Source of the DNA: Okamejei kenojei
Taxonomy: Eukaryota
Reading direction: 5' to 3'
Length of the DNA: 64,000 nucleotides
Assembly: GCA_035221665.1 (NCBI GenBank)
Contig: CM069154.1
Span: forward strand, 19,902,001 to 19,966,000
Shown one piece after another: positions 1 to 44,401 of the stretch. Position 1 is the stretch's first letter. Every line of letters starts with the position of its first letter. A program made the translations under genes and the position numbers. The notes below the pieces were generated by a model, which saw nothing but the letters and a program-made list of their open reading frames with translations, was not told where the DNA came from and did not search any database.

Positions 1-59
1 GACAGTGAAAATATTACCATAACTAGGGTGGGAAAGGACGGCAAGAGAGCGGTTGCACT

Positions 60-205
60 TGTTACTTGAAGTTAGAGAAATAAATCATCATGCCACTGGA
101 TTGTAAGCTGCCCAAGCAAAATATGAGGTGCTGTTCCTCCAATTTGTTTTTGGCCTCACTGACAATGTAGGAGGCCCAGGACAGAAAGGTCAGTACGGGA
201 ATGTC
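60..205 (-). mobile_element. Penelope-like element fragment (GIY-YIG C-terminus)
   Basis: Minus-strand reading EEQHLIFCLGSLQ; same family as 19085-19280. Confidence 0.6.
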
Positions 206-1501
206 CCTGCAAGGATATTGCCCCCCCCCTTCAGTTTAGGTGCAGATCAACTCTGTCCAAGAGGAGATCCAAATAGTCCAAAAATCTGAAATCCAGCCTC
301 CTGAGACACACATCTGTTCTATTTCCTATTCCAACGTATGGCTCTGGGAACAATTTGGAGATTATTACCCTCAAGGTACTGCTTTTCAAACTTTAGTTTA
401 ACTCGGTGTATTCAATCCACAGGACATCACCCCTTTCCCATATTTACGTCCTTTACGCCAATGTGTACAACAACCTTCGGCTGCTCACGCAGTGCACTGC
501 AATGTTCTGTCCCCAATCCGAAACATCCTAGACCCTGGCTCCAGTGAGGCAACATACCACCCCATGGGCTGGTTTGCATGCGCACAATCTCCTGTATGCC
601 CCTTAAATAACAAGTCTCCTATTATCATCATTCTGCCTAACCTCACCCTTCCCCACTTTGTCTCTACTATTCCCTTTTCTAACTTTCACCAATCTACTCT
701 CTGCCCGCATCTTAGGTACAATCACCCCTCTCACACCCCCGGATGAGCCTAAGGTGTCGAGCTGCAGGTCCAGTTCCCTAGTGCACGCACCTCCCTCGTC
801 AATCTTCATTACCCGTGCCAGGAGGATGTGTTGTTGGAGGGTAGAAGTAGAGGCAGGAGACTATGTGTGCTGGTACTGCTGATGTGTGTAGATAATTCTA
901 ACCCCCAAACACCTTTCAGCGAGAGCAGGCCAAGGTTAATCCTACCTGTTCATTTACTGTGGAATTGCGCAATGAAACTGGATCAGTATGAGCCCAAATT
1001 TCTGACGATGTTCCAATGCCAATCTGTAATTTAAAAACATCAGGCAGTTGCAATTTATCAGATTTTACAACCAGTCCCAACTTGCTGCAGCCTTTTCCAG
1101 TCCATTTGCTCTAATCCCACTGTTCCATCCCACCCCGCCTCATCTAATCTAAGTCTTCCAACACGACAGCACCCTTTAAAACCACACCCAATCTATTCCC
1201 TCTCTGCACCTACTTCTCACACCTATTAATACCCCACGCACTCTAGAGCCCATCCTCCCCACCGCCCCATTATGTCCAATCTATCATCTCATCCCACGTG
1301 CTTTAATACACCATCTTTCCTCACAACTTTTAATATTCGACCCGATTTAATCCCATTCTTTCCAACATCGTTTTTGACCCCTTCTTAACTTGGTTCTCTA
1401 GTTCTCCATACCTCTCTCACCCACCTCCTACTCCACCCCCTGAATGCATCTCCTGGTCTGAGACATACCGCCTGACCTAGGTTGTCACATAAACAGCGTA
1501 C

Positions 1502-1606
1502 CTGATTTAACTCTATGAAGGAATCTATGTTCTCCAACGCAATGGGAAATTTACCGTTGGTCATGTCATAAACCATCCGTGAGCTGCCAATGTAGTCAAA
1601 TGTCTC
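1502..1606 (-). CDS. NCSTN: NCSTN exon 9
   Basis: [35 protein letters not shown]. Confidence 0.95.
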
Positions 1607-4600
1607 CTGGGGAGTGGTGCAGGGCAAAGGCAAGGAAAAAAACAAAATCAGCAAAGCTCATTCTAACATGTACTACCCCATGCCCTGACAGTGTGTGATG
1701 GGATGGAGGAAGCTTTACGCTGTGTCCTTGTCTACACTGTGCTCTGGGATGTGTGACCGGACGGTGCAGAGGAAGCTTCACTCTGTGTCTGTGTCTAACC
1801 CGTGCGTGACGGAACAGTGTAAAGGAAGCTTCACTTCATGTGTTTAACTGCGCCCAGCGAGTTAGATGGGACGGTGTGAAGGGAGCTTCACTCTTAGTCT
1901 GCCCTGTGCCCGTGTGACGGGGCAGTGTAGAGGGAGTTCACTTTGTGCCTGTCTTTTGACCTGGGAGTGTGTCACAGGACAGTGTAGAAGGAACTGCACT
2001 GTGTCCATGGCCTGGGACAGTGCAGAGGGAAGTTTAGTACCTACCGTGCCGTGAGAGGGTGTAATGGAGCAGCGGAGAGGGGATTCACTCTGAGTTTACC
2101 CTGTGCCTTGAGAGTGTGTGACAGAACAACACAGAGAAAACTTCAATCCATGTGTCTAACCATGCCCAGTGAGTTAGACAGGACGGAGTGACAGGAGCTT
2201 CATTCTTCACTGTGACAAGATATTGTAGAGAGGGTTCATTCCGTGCCTATCCGGTGCCCTGGGAGTGTGTCACAGGACAGTGTAGAATGCCCTGAGAGTG
2301 CATGACGGGATAGCGTGGAGCAGCCTGGCTCAGGGTGCTCACCCCCTGGAAGAGGAGGAACATGATGTTCTTCGGCAGAGACTTGACATCAGGGGTCCGA
2401 GCGAGGGCCTCAGCCGCTGCTAGGAGCACGATAAATCCTGAGACGGCGCTGTCGGTGCCCGGAGCAACTTCCCAAAAGAAGGAGCGGCTATCCAGCTGCA
2501 AGACAGGTTTTCACATTATAGGTGTAGAAGTTGAGGAAAAATCACAAAGGAAGGGGCTGCGCCTGTGTGTAGTGTACTGGACGTGTGTGTGTGTGTGTGT
2601 GTGTGTGCAGACATGGGCATCAATAAGGCAGAGGGCAGGGCTACATATTGGGGAAGGAGCAAGGGTCAGCTTACAGGGCGGAGAAGAAAGACTAAACTGC
2701 TGGTGTAACTCAGCAGGTCAGTCAGCATCTTGGGAGAATAGTAATAGGCGACGTTTCAGGTCAGACCCTTCCTCAGACTGAGTCAGGGGAGATGGAAACG
2801 AGAGGTATGAATAGGTTAGAGGAGGGAGGGTGGTCGAAGAGGGACAGTGAGCCAGGGATGTGGTCTGAAGGTGCTGAAAGGATTTGGCCTGTGCCTTGGT
2901 GAGGAGGAGGGGAAAACGTGTCGGGCGGAGGGGAGTCTTCCAGTGTGCGCGAGCGGGGTGGGGAGAAAGAATGACTGCCAAGATTGACAGAAAAAACCAT
3001 GATCAGACTCCTGTCCCAATACTCACCCGGGCTGCAGCCACAACAAACTGATCCTCCGGACTAGCAAAACCAGACTTATTGATGGGCTGAATGGTCGTCC
3101 AGACGTTGAAGTCCGACAGCGGGTCACAGACACCGTCTGTAACAGAGTGAGGAAAGAAGAACAAGATGAGGGGGAGGGGAAAGAAATGGAAAGAGATGGG
3201 AGAAGAGCCTTGGAACGGGGTCATGGGGGAGGGGATGAGTTGGGGGTGAGCTGGGCCGTCGATGAGCAGGGTGTGGTGGGCTGTTCGGGGAGGGGGGGGG
3301 GGGGGTGGGGGGAGCTGGGCTGTGGGAAAAGGGGGAGCAGGGCTGCCGGGGAGGGGGCGAGCTAAGCAGCGGGGGAGGCGGTAAGTGGGGTTGCAGAGGA
3401 AGAGACCAGAAAAGGTTGGCATGGCCACACGTGGGTTGGTAGAGGTGGGGTTAAAGGGGGGGGGAGGAGGAGGCCACTCACCGATGTTGAGTGTGATGGA
3501 GACCTGCCCCGCGCTGCGCCTCATACACGTCACCGTGTCCTTCACCCCATGCATGTGGGATGACAGCTGCATGGCACAGAGCGGGAATGCCGGTGCTGCG
3601 CCCTTGCTCGGGCGGTTGTGCTCCTGGTAACACTGGTGATGGGAGGTGAACAGTGTCAATCATACTGGGTGGCACATTCTGTCTAACCATTACCTCACCT
3701 CCCACTTATCTCATCAATGGATAAGAAAAGCTGAGAGCCTTTTCCTGTTTCTATGTGACTTTTCAATTGGCCTGAATGGCCTCCTGTTCCTGAGGGACAG
3801 GGAGGAAGAGTCCCTTCATGATGCTGTGTAGCATGATGGAGAGGGACGGAATAGCCTCCTGTTTAACCTCCGGTGCAGTAAGCCCTCCATAGGGCTGAAT
3901 GGTCTCCTGCAGTTCTCATTGCACATGCTTTCCTCACCTGGCGGATGACCTGCGTCTCGTTCTCGTCCTTCAGCATAAAGACCGGGAAGGGGAAGTCCTC
4001 GTAGGAGAGGCCGTTGCCCTCGGGGTTCCAGAGGGTCTCGTTGCAATGGGCGTATTCAGGCCCGTAATTCAGGGAATATAGCCCTGCAAGTACACGTACA
4101 GAATCAACTGACCCAGAATAGACCATTCGGCCCTTTGTACCTGTTCCCCACTCTCTGAGATCTGACCCATCCTCAACACCGCAATCTCTTATCTCCCTCG
4201 GTTTACACACATTCATCAGGTTGGGGGCGACCTACCTGAATCCATACGGTCTCTGTTTACGAGCAGCCCAATGGATTCTATTCCCAGCCCTTTCCCCGCC
4301 ACCTCACTCTAACCCTGATGGAAAGCACCCTTAGCAGCTGCATTGTTTCCCCATCCACCTCCCTGTCCCTTCCTAAACACAGACCCTGCCTCTGTGGCCC
4401 CACCTCCCTAAATACCCCCCTCTTCCAGCTGCCTATACACCCTCCCCACTGCCTTCCAAACAACACTGTCTTCCCTAAAATCCACTCACACTACCTCTAA
4501 TAAGCACCCTCCTCCGTTCCCCCCCCCGCCCCCCCCCCCCATACCCTACTCCTACCTCGTTAAACGCCTCCCCAACCTCCACTAAAGGTGCATCTAGAAA

Positions 4601-7600
4601 AATTGCCGTGCAGTTATCGCAATTACTAAATGTTATACCTGTTGCAAATTATCTGTTCAATTATCATAAAGACACATGGGGGAAAAAGTGTAATCTAGAG
4701 TGGGATCCATCAGCAATCAGTCACCTCTGAGTGGAGCCAGGGCAAGGTCCTCAATTAGTATACCTCATCTGTATTTGCCAAGGAGAAAGACAGGAGGACG
4801 GAGGAACTTGGGGCAGTCAATTGAAGTGGCATGAGAGCAGTCAGTGCTACAGTGGAAGAGGTGCTGAAGGTACTATCATGTATGATGGTAGACAAATCTC
4901 ATGGGCCTGATCATATATATCCGAGGACATTGTGGGAAACTAGAGAGGAAATTGAAGGAGATCTGGTTGAAATTTACGAGTCGTCTTTAAATACAGGTGC
5001 CGGAAGACTGGAGGGTGACAAATTTGCCTCTATTCAAGAAGGGCTGCAAGGAAAATGCTGGGAACTATGGGCCAGTGAGCATAACGTCTGTAGTTGGAAA
5101 GTTACTAGAGAGTATTCTGAAGGATAGGCATTTAGATGGACAAGGGCTGATTAGGAATAGTCAGTATGGTTTTGTACGTGGGAGGTCGTGCCCAACAAAT
5201 CTGATTGAGTTTTTAAAAAAAGGGACCAAAAAGGTCAATGAGGGCAGACCTGTAGATGTTGTATATATATGGACTTCATCAAAGTATTCGACAAGGTTCC
5301 GCGTGGTATGTTGCTCTGAAAGGTTAGGTTGCATGGGATCCAAAGCGAGATAGCTGAATGGATAGAAAATCAGCTTCATGACAAGAAGCAAAGGTTGATG
5401 GTGGAAGGTTGCTTCTCGGACTGGAGGCCCGTGACTAGTGGTGTGCCTCAGGGTTTGGTGCTGGGCCCCATCACTGTTTGTCATCTGTATCAATGATTTG
5501 GATGAGAACATACATGGCAAGATTAGCAAGTTTGATGATACAAAAGTGGGTGGTTTTGCAGATAGTGAAGGTGTTTGTGATAAATTGCAGCTGGATCTTG
5601 ATCGATTGGCCAGGTGGGCTGAGGAATGGTCAAGAGAATTTAAGATAAAGAAATGTGACATTTTGGGAAGACCAACATAGGCAGGACCTATACAGTGAAT
5701 GGTAGGGCCCTGGGGAGTGTTGTCAAGCAGAGGGATCTAGGAGTGAAGGTGTATGGTTCCTTAAAGGAGTCGCAGGGAGATAGGGTCAAACACACACACA
5801 TATATACATACACACACATATATATAATATGGGTATGTTGTGAGTATCTATGGGTATGTTGTGAGTATGTGTATATATACACACTGAGCTTTTCTTTTCT
5901 CTCTGTTGTTTGTCATATACTATGTTTGCATATTCTGTTCTGCTGCAGCAAGTAAGAATTTAATTGTTCTATCTGGGACATACGACAATGAAACACTCTT
6001 GACATACCTTGAAGAAGGGTCTCGACCCAAAATGTCACCCATTCCTTCTCTGCCAAGATGCTGCCTGACCCGCTGAGTTACTCCAGCATTTTGTGTCTAC
6101 ACGTGACATGTTGGCCAGTGTGGGCAAGTTGGGCCAAAGGGCCCGTTTCTATGCTGTATGACTATTATAATTAACACAATTATAATTCTGTTTGAATTTG
6201 TAGGGTTTATAAAAATCAAAATTTTCAGGATGGTGGATCCATTGCTGTTTCCTATGGAGGTGGGCAGCAAAAGGAAAACACTCCAATGGCTGTAATCAGA
6301 CCTCACACTGAGGAAGATGGGTGAGGGTGTCAGAGGTCACTGATCCCAGCCCCAGGACATCACTGCAGGAGTTCCTCACTGCAGTGTCCCGGGCCCCACC
6401 ATCTTCAGCTGCTTCCATCTGAAGGTCAGAATGGATCACTGATGATCTACATGTTCAGTTCCATTCACAACTCCTCAGCAACTGATCAGCCCATGTCTGC
6501 ATTTACATTTAGGTTTACTATTGTCATGTATATCAAGGCACAGGGGAAAACTTTGTTTTGCATGCCATCTAATCAAATCAGATAATACATTTAAACCAAA
6601 GTTAAGTACAACAGGCAGAGTGATGGGAAAGATACAGAGTACAGAACATAGTTTTCAGCATGACAGAGTAATAGTTCCAAAGATAAAGTTCAATGTTCAC
6701 AATGAGGTAGGTTGGAGAATCGGGACAGTACCCTGGCTTATGCCCAATAACAGATGGAAAGAATGTGTTCCCGAGTCGGATGGTGCATGCTTTCAGGTTT
6801 TTATATCTTCTGACCGATTGGAACATAGAGAAGGCTGAATGACCGTGGTGGGAAAAATCTTTAATTACGTTGGCTTTCCAGAGGCAGCGTGAAGTGTAGA
6901 TGGAGTCAATGGAGGGGAATCTGGTCTGTGCGATGGAATGGGCTGCATCTACAACTCTGCAATTTTTTACAATCCAAGTAAGAGTTGATGGAGACGGGGG
7001 CGAGTAAGGAAGAGGGTTGGTAGAGGGAAGGAGGGTTCAGAAGGATGGGCGAACACTTACCAAAACCATCGTTGGGGCACTTGAGATCATGTGAAAATTG
7101 TCCGGGAGCTGGAGAGGGCGGCAGGATCACAGCTACGCCAGACACTCGACTGGATGACTTCAGACGCAGCATCACGTCCCTGAAGGAACATACAGCAGGG
7201 AAAGCAAGGTTAGGGGCGATATCCTCAGAAAAAGCCCAGGGGCGAGGGGGTTGGGTGAGGATAATGGAAGAGGAAGGAGAACAAGGGAAGATGGGGGCGA
7301 AGCAGGATTGAAGCAAAGGAGATGTAACCCAGATGAATTGGAGCAGAATCTTCCTGTGCTTCCCGTGGGGCTCACAGCCAAGATCCATGGGGTCAGCATG
7401 GATGCGCACTCACCGTGTAAACATGCTGCTCTCCAAGAGGACCATGTAGGGAGGGTTGGGACCATCACTCAGCACCCAGCTGAGGTCAGACTCTTGCTCG
7501 ACCAGGTGGATCACCCCAGTGTCACCGGTAAGGGAGGCTGAGGGTGAGAGGGGAGGAAAAAATATCAGATGGCTGAACAACAAACGTTTACAACACCCCA

Positions 7601-8333
7601 GTTTAACATTCCTCCCACCCATGGCTCCCTCATTTGCACCCTAAAATCCATCCCACATGCACAGCCAACCCACAAACCAGCCACCCTCATAACCCACAAA
7701 CCAGCCACCCACATAACCCACTACCCTTACAGCCATTCTATATGCGCTTATCTCCACATCCCACCCATCACCCTCCCCAAACCAGACTCACACTGGCAGC
7801 CAATCTGGTGGGTAGCATTCATAAGCCGGACGCAGGGGGCAGTCGCATTCAGGGTGATATAGATCTTCTTCTCGACTGAGTTGGCAGAGCAGAGACCTGA
7901 GGGCAAGATCACCGGACGGTCAGGGGGTGAGTCTGCGGACACGCGCGGCCTCCCACTCCCAGCACCACTTCTGTTCCTCCTCAACAACATTGGTAGCACC
8001 TTTCGTAGGGCACCCACCTCCTTCACAGAACCCCTCCCCATCCTATCTCTTTCTCCCTCTCCCTCATTCCCTGGCCTCCCTCATTAACCGCTTGCTTCCT
8101 CATGCCATCCTCCCCCCTCGCCCCTTCCTCATCCCACTTCCCCTGAACTTGCTCCATCCATCTTACCCTCCCTCTCCTCCCATACTCCGCCCCCCACTCA
8201 CTCCCTGCAATCCCCTCTCTCCAACTCACCCCTCCCTCGTCTTCGCTGCCCCCTCGCTGATCCCCCTGCACTCTCCGCCACGCTGCTCACCAACAAAGAG
8301 CGCCGCGCTGATCCAGCGCACCGCCACCTCCAT
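1502..8333 (-). CDS. NCSTN: Nicastrin (gamma-secretase subunit), spliced CDS, 3'-partial (exons 1-9)
   Basis: Exons 8291-8333, 7792-7896, 7414-7537, 7061-7179, 3938-4083, 3482-3632, 3027-3136, 2343-2495, 1502-1606. All GT-AG and in frame. Translation has [63 protein letters not shown] and [16 protein letters not shown] (DYIGS motif). Confidence 0.97.
1670..2330. repeat. Degenerate minisatellite (unit ~ccctgggagtgtgtgacgggacagtgtagagggagcttcactctg)
   Basis: About 10 diverged tandem units filling NCSTN intron 8. Confidence 0.8.
2343..2495 (-). CDS. NCSTN: NCSTN exon 8
   Basis: [31 protein letters not shown]...NIMFLLFQG. Confidence 0.95.
2690..2800 (-). mobile_element. Penelope-derived short repeat with hammerhead-like core
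   Basis: Minus strand CTGAGGA-agggtctgacct-GAAACGTC...gatgctgactgacctgctgagttacaccagca. Confidence 0.6.
3027..3136 (-). CDS. NCSTN: NCSTN exon 7
   Basis: [36 protein letters not shown]. Confidence 0.95.
3482..3632 (-). CDS. NCSTN: NCSTN exon 6
   Basis: [40 protein letters not shown]... Confidence 0.95.
3938..4083 (-). CDS. NCSTN: NCSTN exon 5
   Basis: [48 protein letters not shown]. Confidence 0.95.
4765..5790 (+). mobile_element. CR1 LINE ORF2 (RT) fragment, degenerate
   Basis: PEDWRVTN...[20 protein letters not shown]...[18 protein letters not shown]; [19 protein letters not shown]. Confidence 0.9.
6010..6100 (+). mobile_element. Penelope-derived short repeat
   Basis: tgaagaagggtctcgacccaaaatgtcacc...gatgctgcctgacccgctgagttactccagcattttgtg. 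Confidence 0.6.
6230..6500 (+). mobile_element. Degenerate CR1-group LINE RT fragment
   Basis: caggacatcactgcaggagttcct...ggccccaccatcttcagctgcttc ([16 protein letters not shown]). Confidence 0.6.
6510..6970 (-). mobile_element. Rex1/Babar-like LINE 3' fragment
   Basis: [22 protein letters not shown] resembles the Rex1-type C-terminal RxxNSFFP motif. Confidence 0.5.
7061..7179 (-). CDS. NCSTN: NCSTN exon 4
   Basis: [40 protein letters not shown]. Confidence 0.95.
7414..7537 (-). CDS. NCSTN: NCSTN exon 3
   Basis: [41 protein letters not shown]. Confidence 0.95.
7792..7896 (-). CDS. NCSTN: NCSTN exon 2
   Basis: [34 protein letters not shown]; cag/gtgag. Confidence 0.95.
8291..8333 (-). CDS. 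NCSTN: NCSTN coding exon 1 (signal peptide)
   Basis: ATG at 8333; [15 protein letters not shown]; gtgag donor; phase matches exon 2. Confidence 0.85.
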
Positions 8334-8760
8334 TCCCGTTCTGTTGCTTTTCCCGGAAGTTTGCCCGCTTTCCAGCCCGGAAGAGAGTTCGGAGCGCCGG
8401 ATGTAGTGGATGCGCCCGAGCGTCGCTGGTCAGATCGCGTTGTCTTTCATCTTTTCTGGTTGCTGCACTTAATACAGTTGTTCAATTCTTAGCTTTGTAT
8501 TCTGAGTGTATTTATCGGACTGCATTTGTTCCAGTGATTGACATTACATTTAATTAAGTGCTTGTTTTTATTTTGTTGCTTTAGGCGAGCCCGGCCGCGC
8601 CGCTTGCCCCTGCGCACTGTTGTTGTTGCGACGTCACGTCTGCCGCGCCTCCGCCCGACTTTTTCCGGTTGTTCCGACGTCACCTCCGCTGTGACGTGTC
8701 CGTCTGCGGGTCGGTGCGACTGCAGCCGAGCGGCCGCGGGGGGGGAAAGCAAGTCGGTAG
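8334..8760. promoter_or_regulatory. CpG-rich bidirectional promoter shared by NCSTN and COPA
   Basis: CpG-dense stretch between divergent genes. CCGGAAGT ETS site 8353-8360 plus further CCGGA(A/T) cores; TGCGCA 8611-8616; GC box 8651-8656; GACGTCA 8630-8636 and 8676-8682; TGACGTGT 8692-8699. Confidence 0.8.
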
Positions 8761-9650
8761 AAGGGCTGAGGGAGGGGGTGACTGAGAGGGGGGTATTACT
8801 GAGGGGGCGATGGGAGGGGGAATGTGAGGGCGAGTTGAGAGGGTAGGGGTTGTGGAGGTGGTGGAGTTACTGAGGGGGTTGTGGATGGAGGGGGGGGTCT
8901 GTGAGGGCGGGTGAGGGGGAGAGCATTGTGAGGGCGGGTAGGGGTGAGGGAAGGGGATTGTAAGTGCGGATGGGGGTGTGGGGAGGGGGTAGTGGGGGTG
9001 AGGGGATGTTTGTGAGGGCTGGGGGGGGAAGGTAAGGGTGTTGTGAAGGCTGGGAGGTGTGAGGGGATATGGCGAGGGAGGCAGAATTGAGGGGGCGAGA
9101 GTTGGGGACGGTATAGAGGGGATATGTGAGGGGAGGGTGAGGGGGAAGGGTTAGAGGGGGAGGGGAGGTTGGGTGAATGACGGTTCAGGGGAGGGATGAG
9201 TTCGGGGAGGCAGAAAACGAATCACCGACAAAGGGGAGTGGTGAAGGGCTGTGGAGAGGGGGGGGGGGAGTGAGACCTAGAGATGGATAAATAGAAAGGG
9301 TGACAAAAGGAAGAGAGTGCTGTAAGAAGAAAGGAGGGGAAGGGAAAAGTTGTGCAGGGTAAAAGGATGAATGGAGGATAATGAGAGAAGGAATGGGAAG
9401 TTTAAGGAGTGTTTGTCAGGATCAATCGGCAGTCTTTGTTCATAGGACTGGAAGGATAGATGAGCTTGGTGGGATTTGAGGCAGTTTAATGGTGGTTGGT
9501 GGTCTGCATGTACCTCAGGCTTCCAGGAAGCCCTTTGCATGGTGCGATAGCTGGAATGAACTGTAGTGGGTCCTGAATTTCCAGTAAAGGTTAGAATATA
9601 ACTCTTGTTCTATTTCAAATTTGTCCACAGTAATCTTGCTCCTAGCCAAA

Positions 9651-42146
<32,496 letters not shown>

Positions 42147-42631
42147 TGTTTTGATCATTTCTCCTGCACCCGAGCATGCGTAATTGCTTGTTGCCTGAAA
42201 CATGTTCGCGATTTCCCATGTTGCTATCTTTGTTCATGAAATTAATGTATAGTATATGATACCTGTAGTTGCATTCCATGTCACCTTCTGATCCACTTCT
42301 GAGTTTCTTCCTATCCCTTCACTGCTTTCCCAGTGTCACAGACAACTTTGCTTCCTGGATTTCTGACCAACCGAAAACCAATCTTGCTCCTAGTTTCTAA
42401 CCAGCTTCACTTCTCACTGTTCTTCAGCTGTCCGTGTTTTAGATCCTCTCCGCTCCCTGTGTTGGATGCACTGCCCATCGTTCTCTTATATATATTGTAC
42501 TCCAAGCTTCCCATTTGCTTATAATTAGATCTAAGTTTTCAAAACTAGCCCTTGAAAGTCCCTAACTACACAATTTAGACCCAACTAACCCCTGTAATCA
42601 CACTGTTAGCCTGTTTCGGGCTTCTTCTCAA

Positions 42632-42637
42632 AATAAA
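42632..42637 (+). terminator. Candidate proximal COPA poly(A) signal
   Basis: AATAAA ~490 nt after the stop, followed by T-rich sequence. Confidence 0.55.
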
Positions 42638-43154
42638 AGTTTTTGAAACCTTCTGAAGAAACTTTGCTTATCCATTCATTCCAGTTTTGCAGATGTTTTG
42701 CCTGTTGAATTACTCCAGCACTTGTCCTATTTCATCTGTCGATAGGTATTCCAGCTCTAGTTTTTCGGCTTTCCACGCCGCTCTTCCGCAGCTCCAGTTC
42801 TGTATTTTCTTCACCCCCAACCAACTGATTTTGGTTACCTGGAATTCCAGCTAACAGCACTTCCCATCCTGTAGCATCCCAGTCCAGCTTCCCACTCCCA
42901 GTGCACACTTCTCCACTCCACTGGAGCCATTCCAAACCCCACCTTCTGGCTCCGAAATTGTGAACTCCAAATCCCTTTCCAAATACGCATTCATGGTTTT
43001 GGTTTCACAGTGGGCTCCTGCTCCTGGCTTGGTTTTCCAGCGGCCCCTCGTACCTGCTGCATCACGGCCCTTCGGCCCATTATAGCTCTAATCCTAGCCC
43101 CAGTCCTTCTCCTGGTGCCCCTCCTCCTCCTACAGCTTTTGCATCCTGTGTCAA

Positions 43155-43160
43155 AATAAA
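43155..43160 (+). terminator. Candidate distal COPA poly(A) signal
   Basis: AATAAA followed by GT-rich sequence at ~43200-43240. Confidence 0.45.
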
Positions 43161-43949
43161 ATTTTATTGCTGCAGCTGATACTCTGATTCATTCTGCCGT
43201 GATCGGGAGGGGGTGTTGGTGTCCTGCCTGTTCTTGGTCCCGGGTCTCGGGGGCAGTGGGCGGGGAGCAGTGGGCAGACTGCTGGCAAAGTCCCTGTGGC
43301 GGAGATAGTGGGCATGAACTTGTACCTGGCGCCGCAGTCACAGAACTGGGTCGACGGCCGGCATTGAATTGAATGGTGGACCTTTCACCTTGGATCCATT
43401 TTAATCTTTCCACTCTCCCCTCAAATTTATGTCTTCTAGTCTTTAAACGACCTTATTTGTGGAAAAGACTGGCTATTTTCCTTCTCAATGTCCCTCATGA
43501 TTTTATAAACCTCGTAAATTCACACCTCAGCCTCCGACTCTGCAGGGAATAAATACTCAAGCTTATTCAGCCTTGCCTTATAAGTCTAATCTCCAGAGCT
43601 TGTAATGTTTTTTTTTCTGCATCCTTTCCATTTCAATGACATCCTTCAACTGTATGTTTATCCTACCAAAATGCAGCATATCACATTTATGTGAATTAAA
43701 CTCCCTCTGGCATTCCTTAGACTACTGTCCCAGTTGAGCAAGAGCCTGATGTAATTTTAGATAACCTTCACTGTATTATACCACCAATTTTAGTGTCACA
43801 TGAAAACTTGTTAACTATGCCCCGTACATTCTTATCCAAAATATTAATATAATGAACAACAGTGGACCCAGCGGTCACCATTCTCCAATCTGAATAACCC
43901 CTCCATTACCACCCTCTGTGTCTTACTTTCAAGCCATTTCTCTATCCAA

Positions 43950-44160
43950 TTAAAGACACACAGTGCTGGAGTAACTCAGCAGGACAGGCAGCATCCCTGG
44001 AGAACATGGATAGGTGACGTTTCCGGTCGGGACTCTTCTGACAACTGACCCAAAACAACACCGATACATGTTCTCCAGGGAGGCAGCCTGACTTTTTGAG
44101 TTAGTCCAACACTTTGTGTATTTTTTTGTAACCCAGCACCTGCAGTTCCTTGTTTTTACT
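43950..44160. mobile_element. Palindromic Penelope-derived element
   Basis: Two copies of the Penelope-derived terminal repeat in inverted orientation. Confidence 0.65.
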
Positions 44161-44395
44161 TTCTATCCAATTGGCTAGCGCCAGACAAGTCTCCCATAAA
44201 GGACCTTGTCAAAGGCCTTGGTGAAATCCAGGTGGACAACGTCTACCGTTGGTCACCTAAAAAAAATTAAATTAAAATTTTGTAAGACATCCTGACCCCT
44301 CATTTCCCCTTCAACGTTCTGGTCTGTCACTTCACCCGTCGACTCCATCTCCCACCTCCAGTCAGAGTCAAAGCCATATCTCGGTGCACGACGTG

Positions 44396-44401
44396 TTTAA
44401 T
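44396..44401 (-). terminator. Candidate PEA15 poly(A) signal
   Basis: ATTAAA on minus, ~1 kb after the stop, where unique 3'UTR-like sequence gives way to repeats. Confidence 0.4.

Noticed and set aside
1-1501. NCSTN exon 10
   Set aside because: No matching exon recognised; the region is repeat-derived, so the exon likely lies outside the window.
1670-2330. CRISPR-like repeat array
   Set aside because: Degenerate tandem units without unique spacers, in a vertebrate intron.
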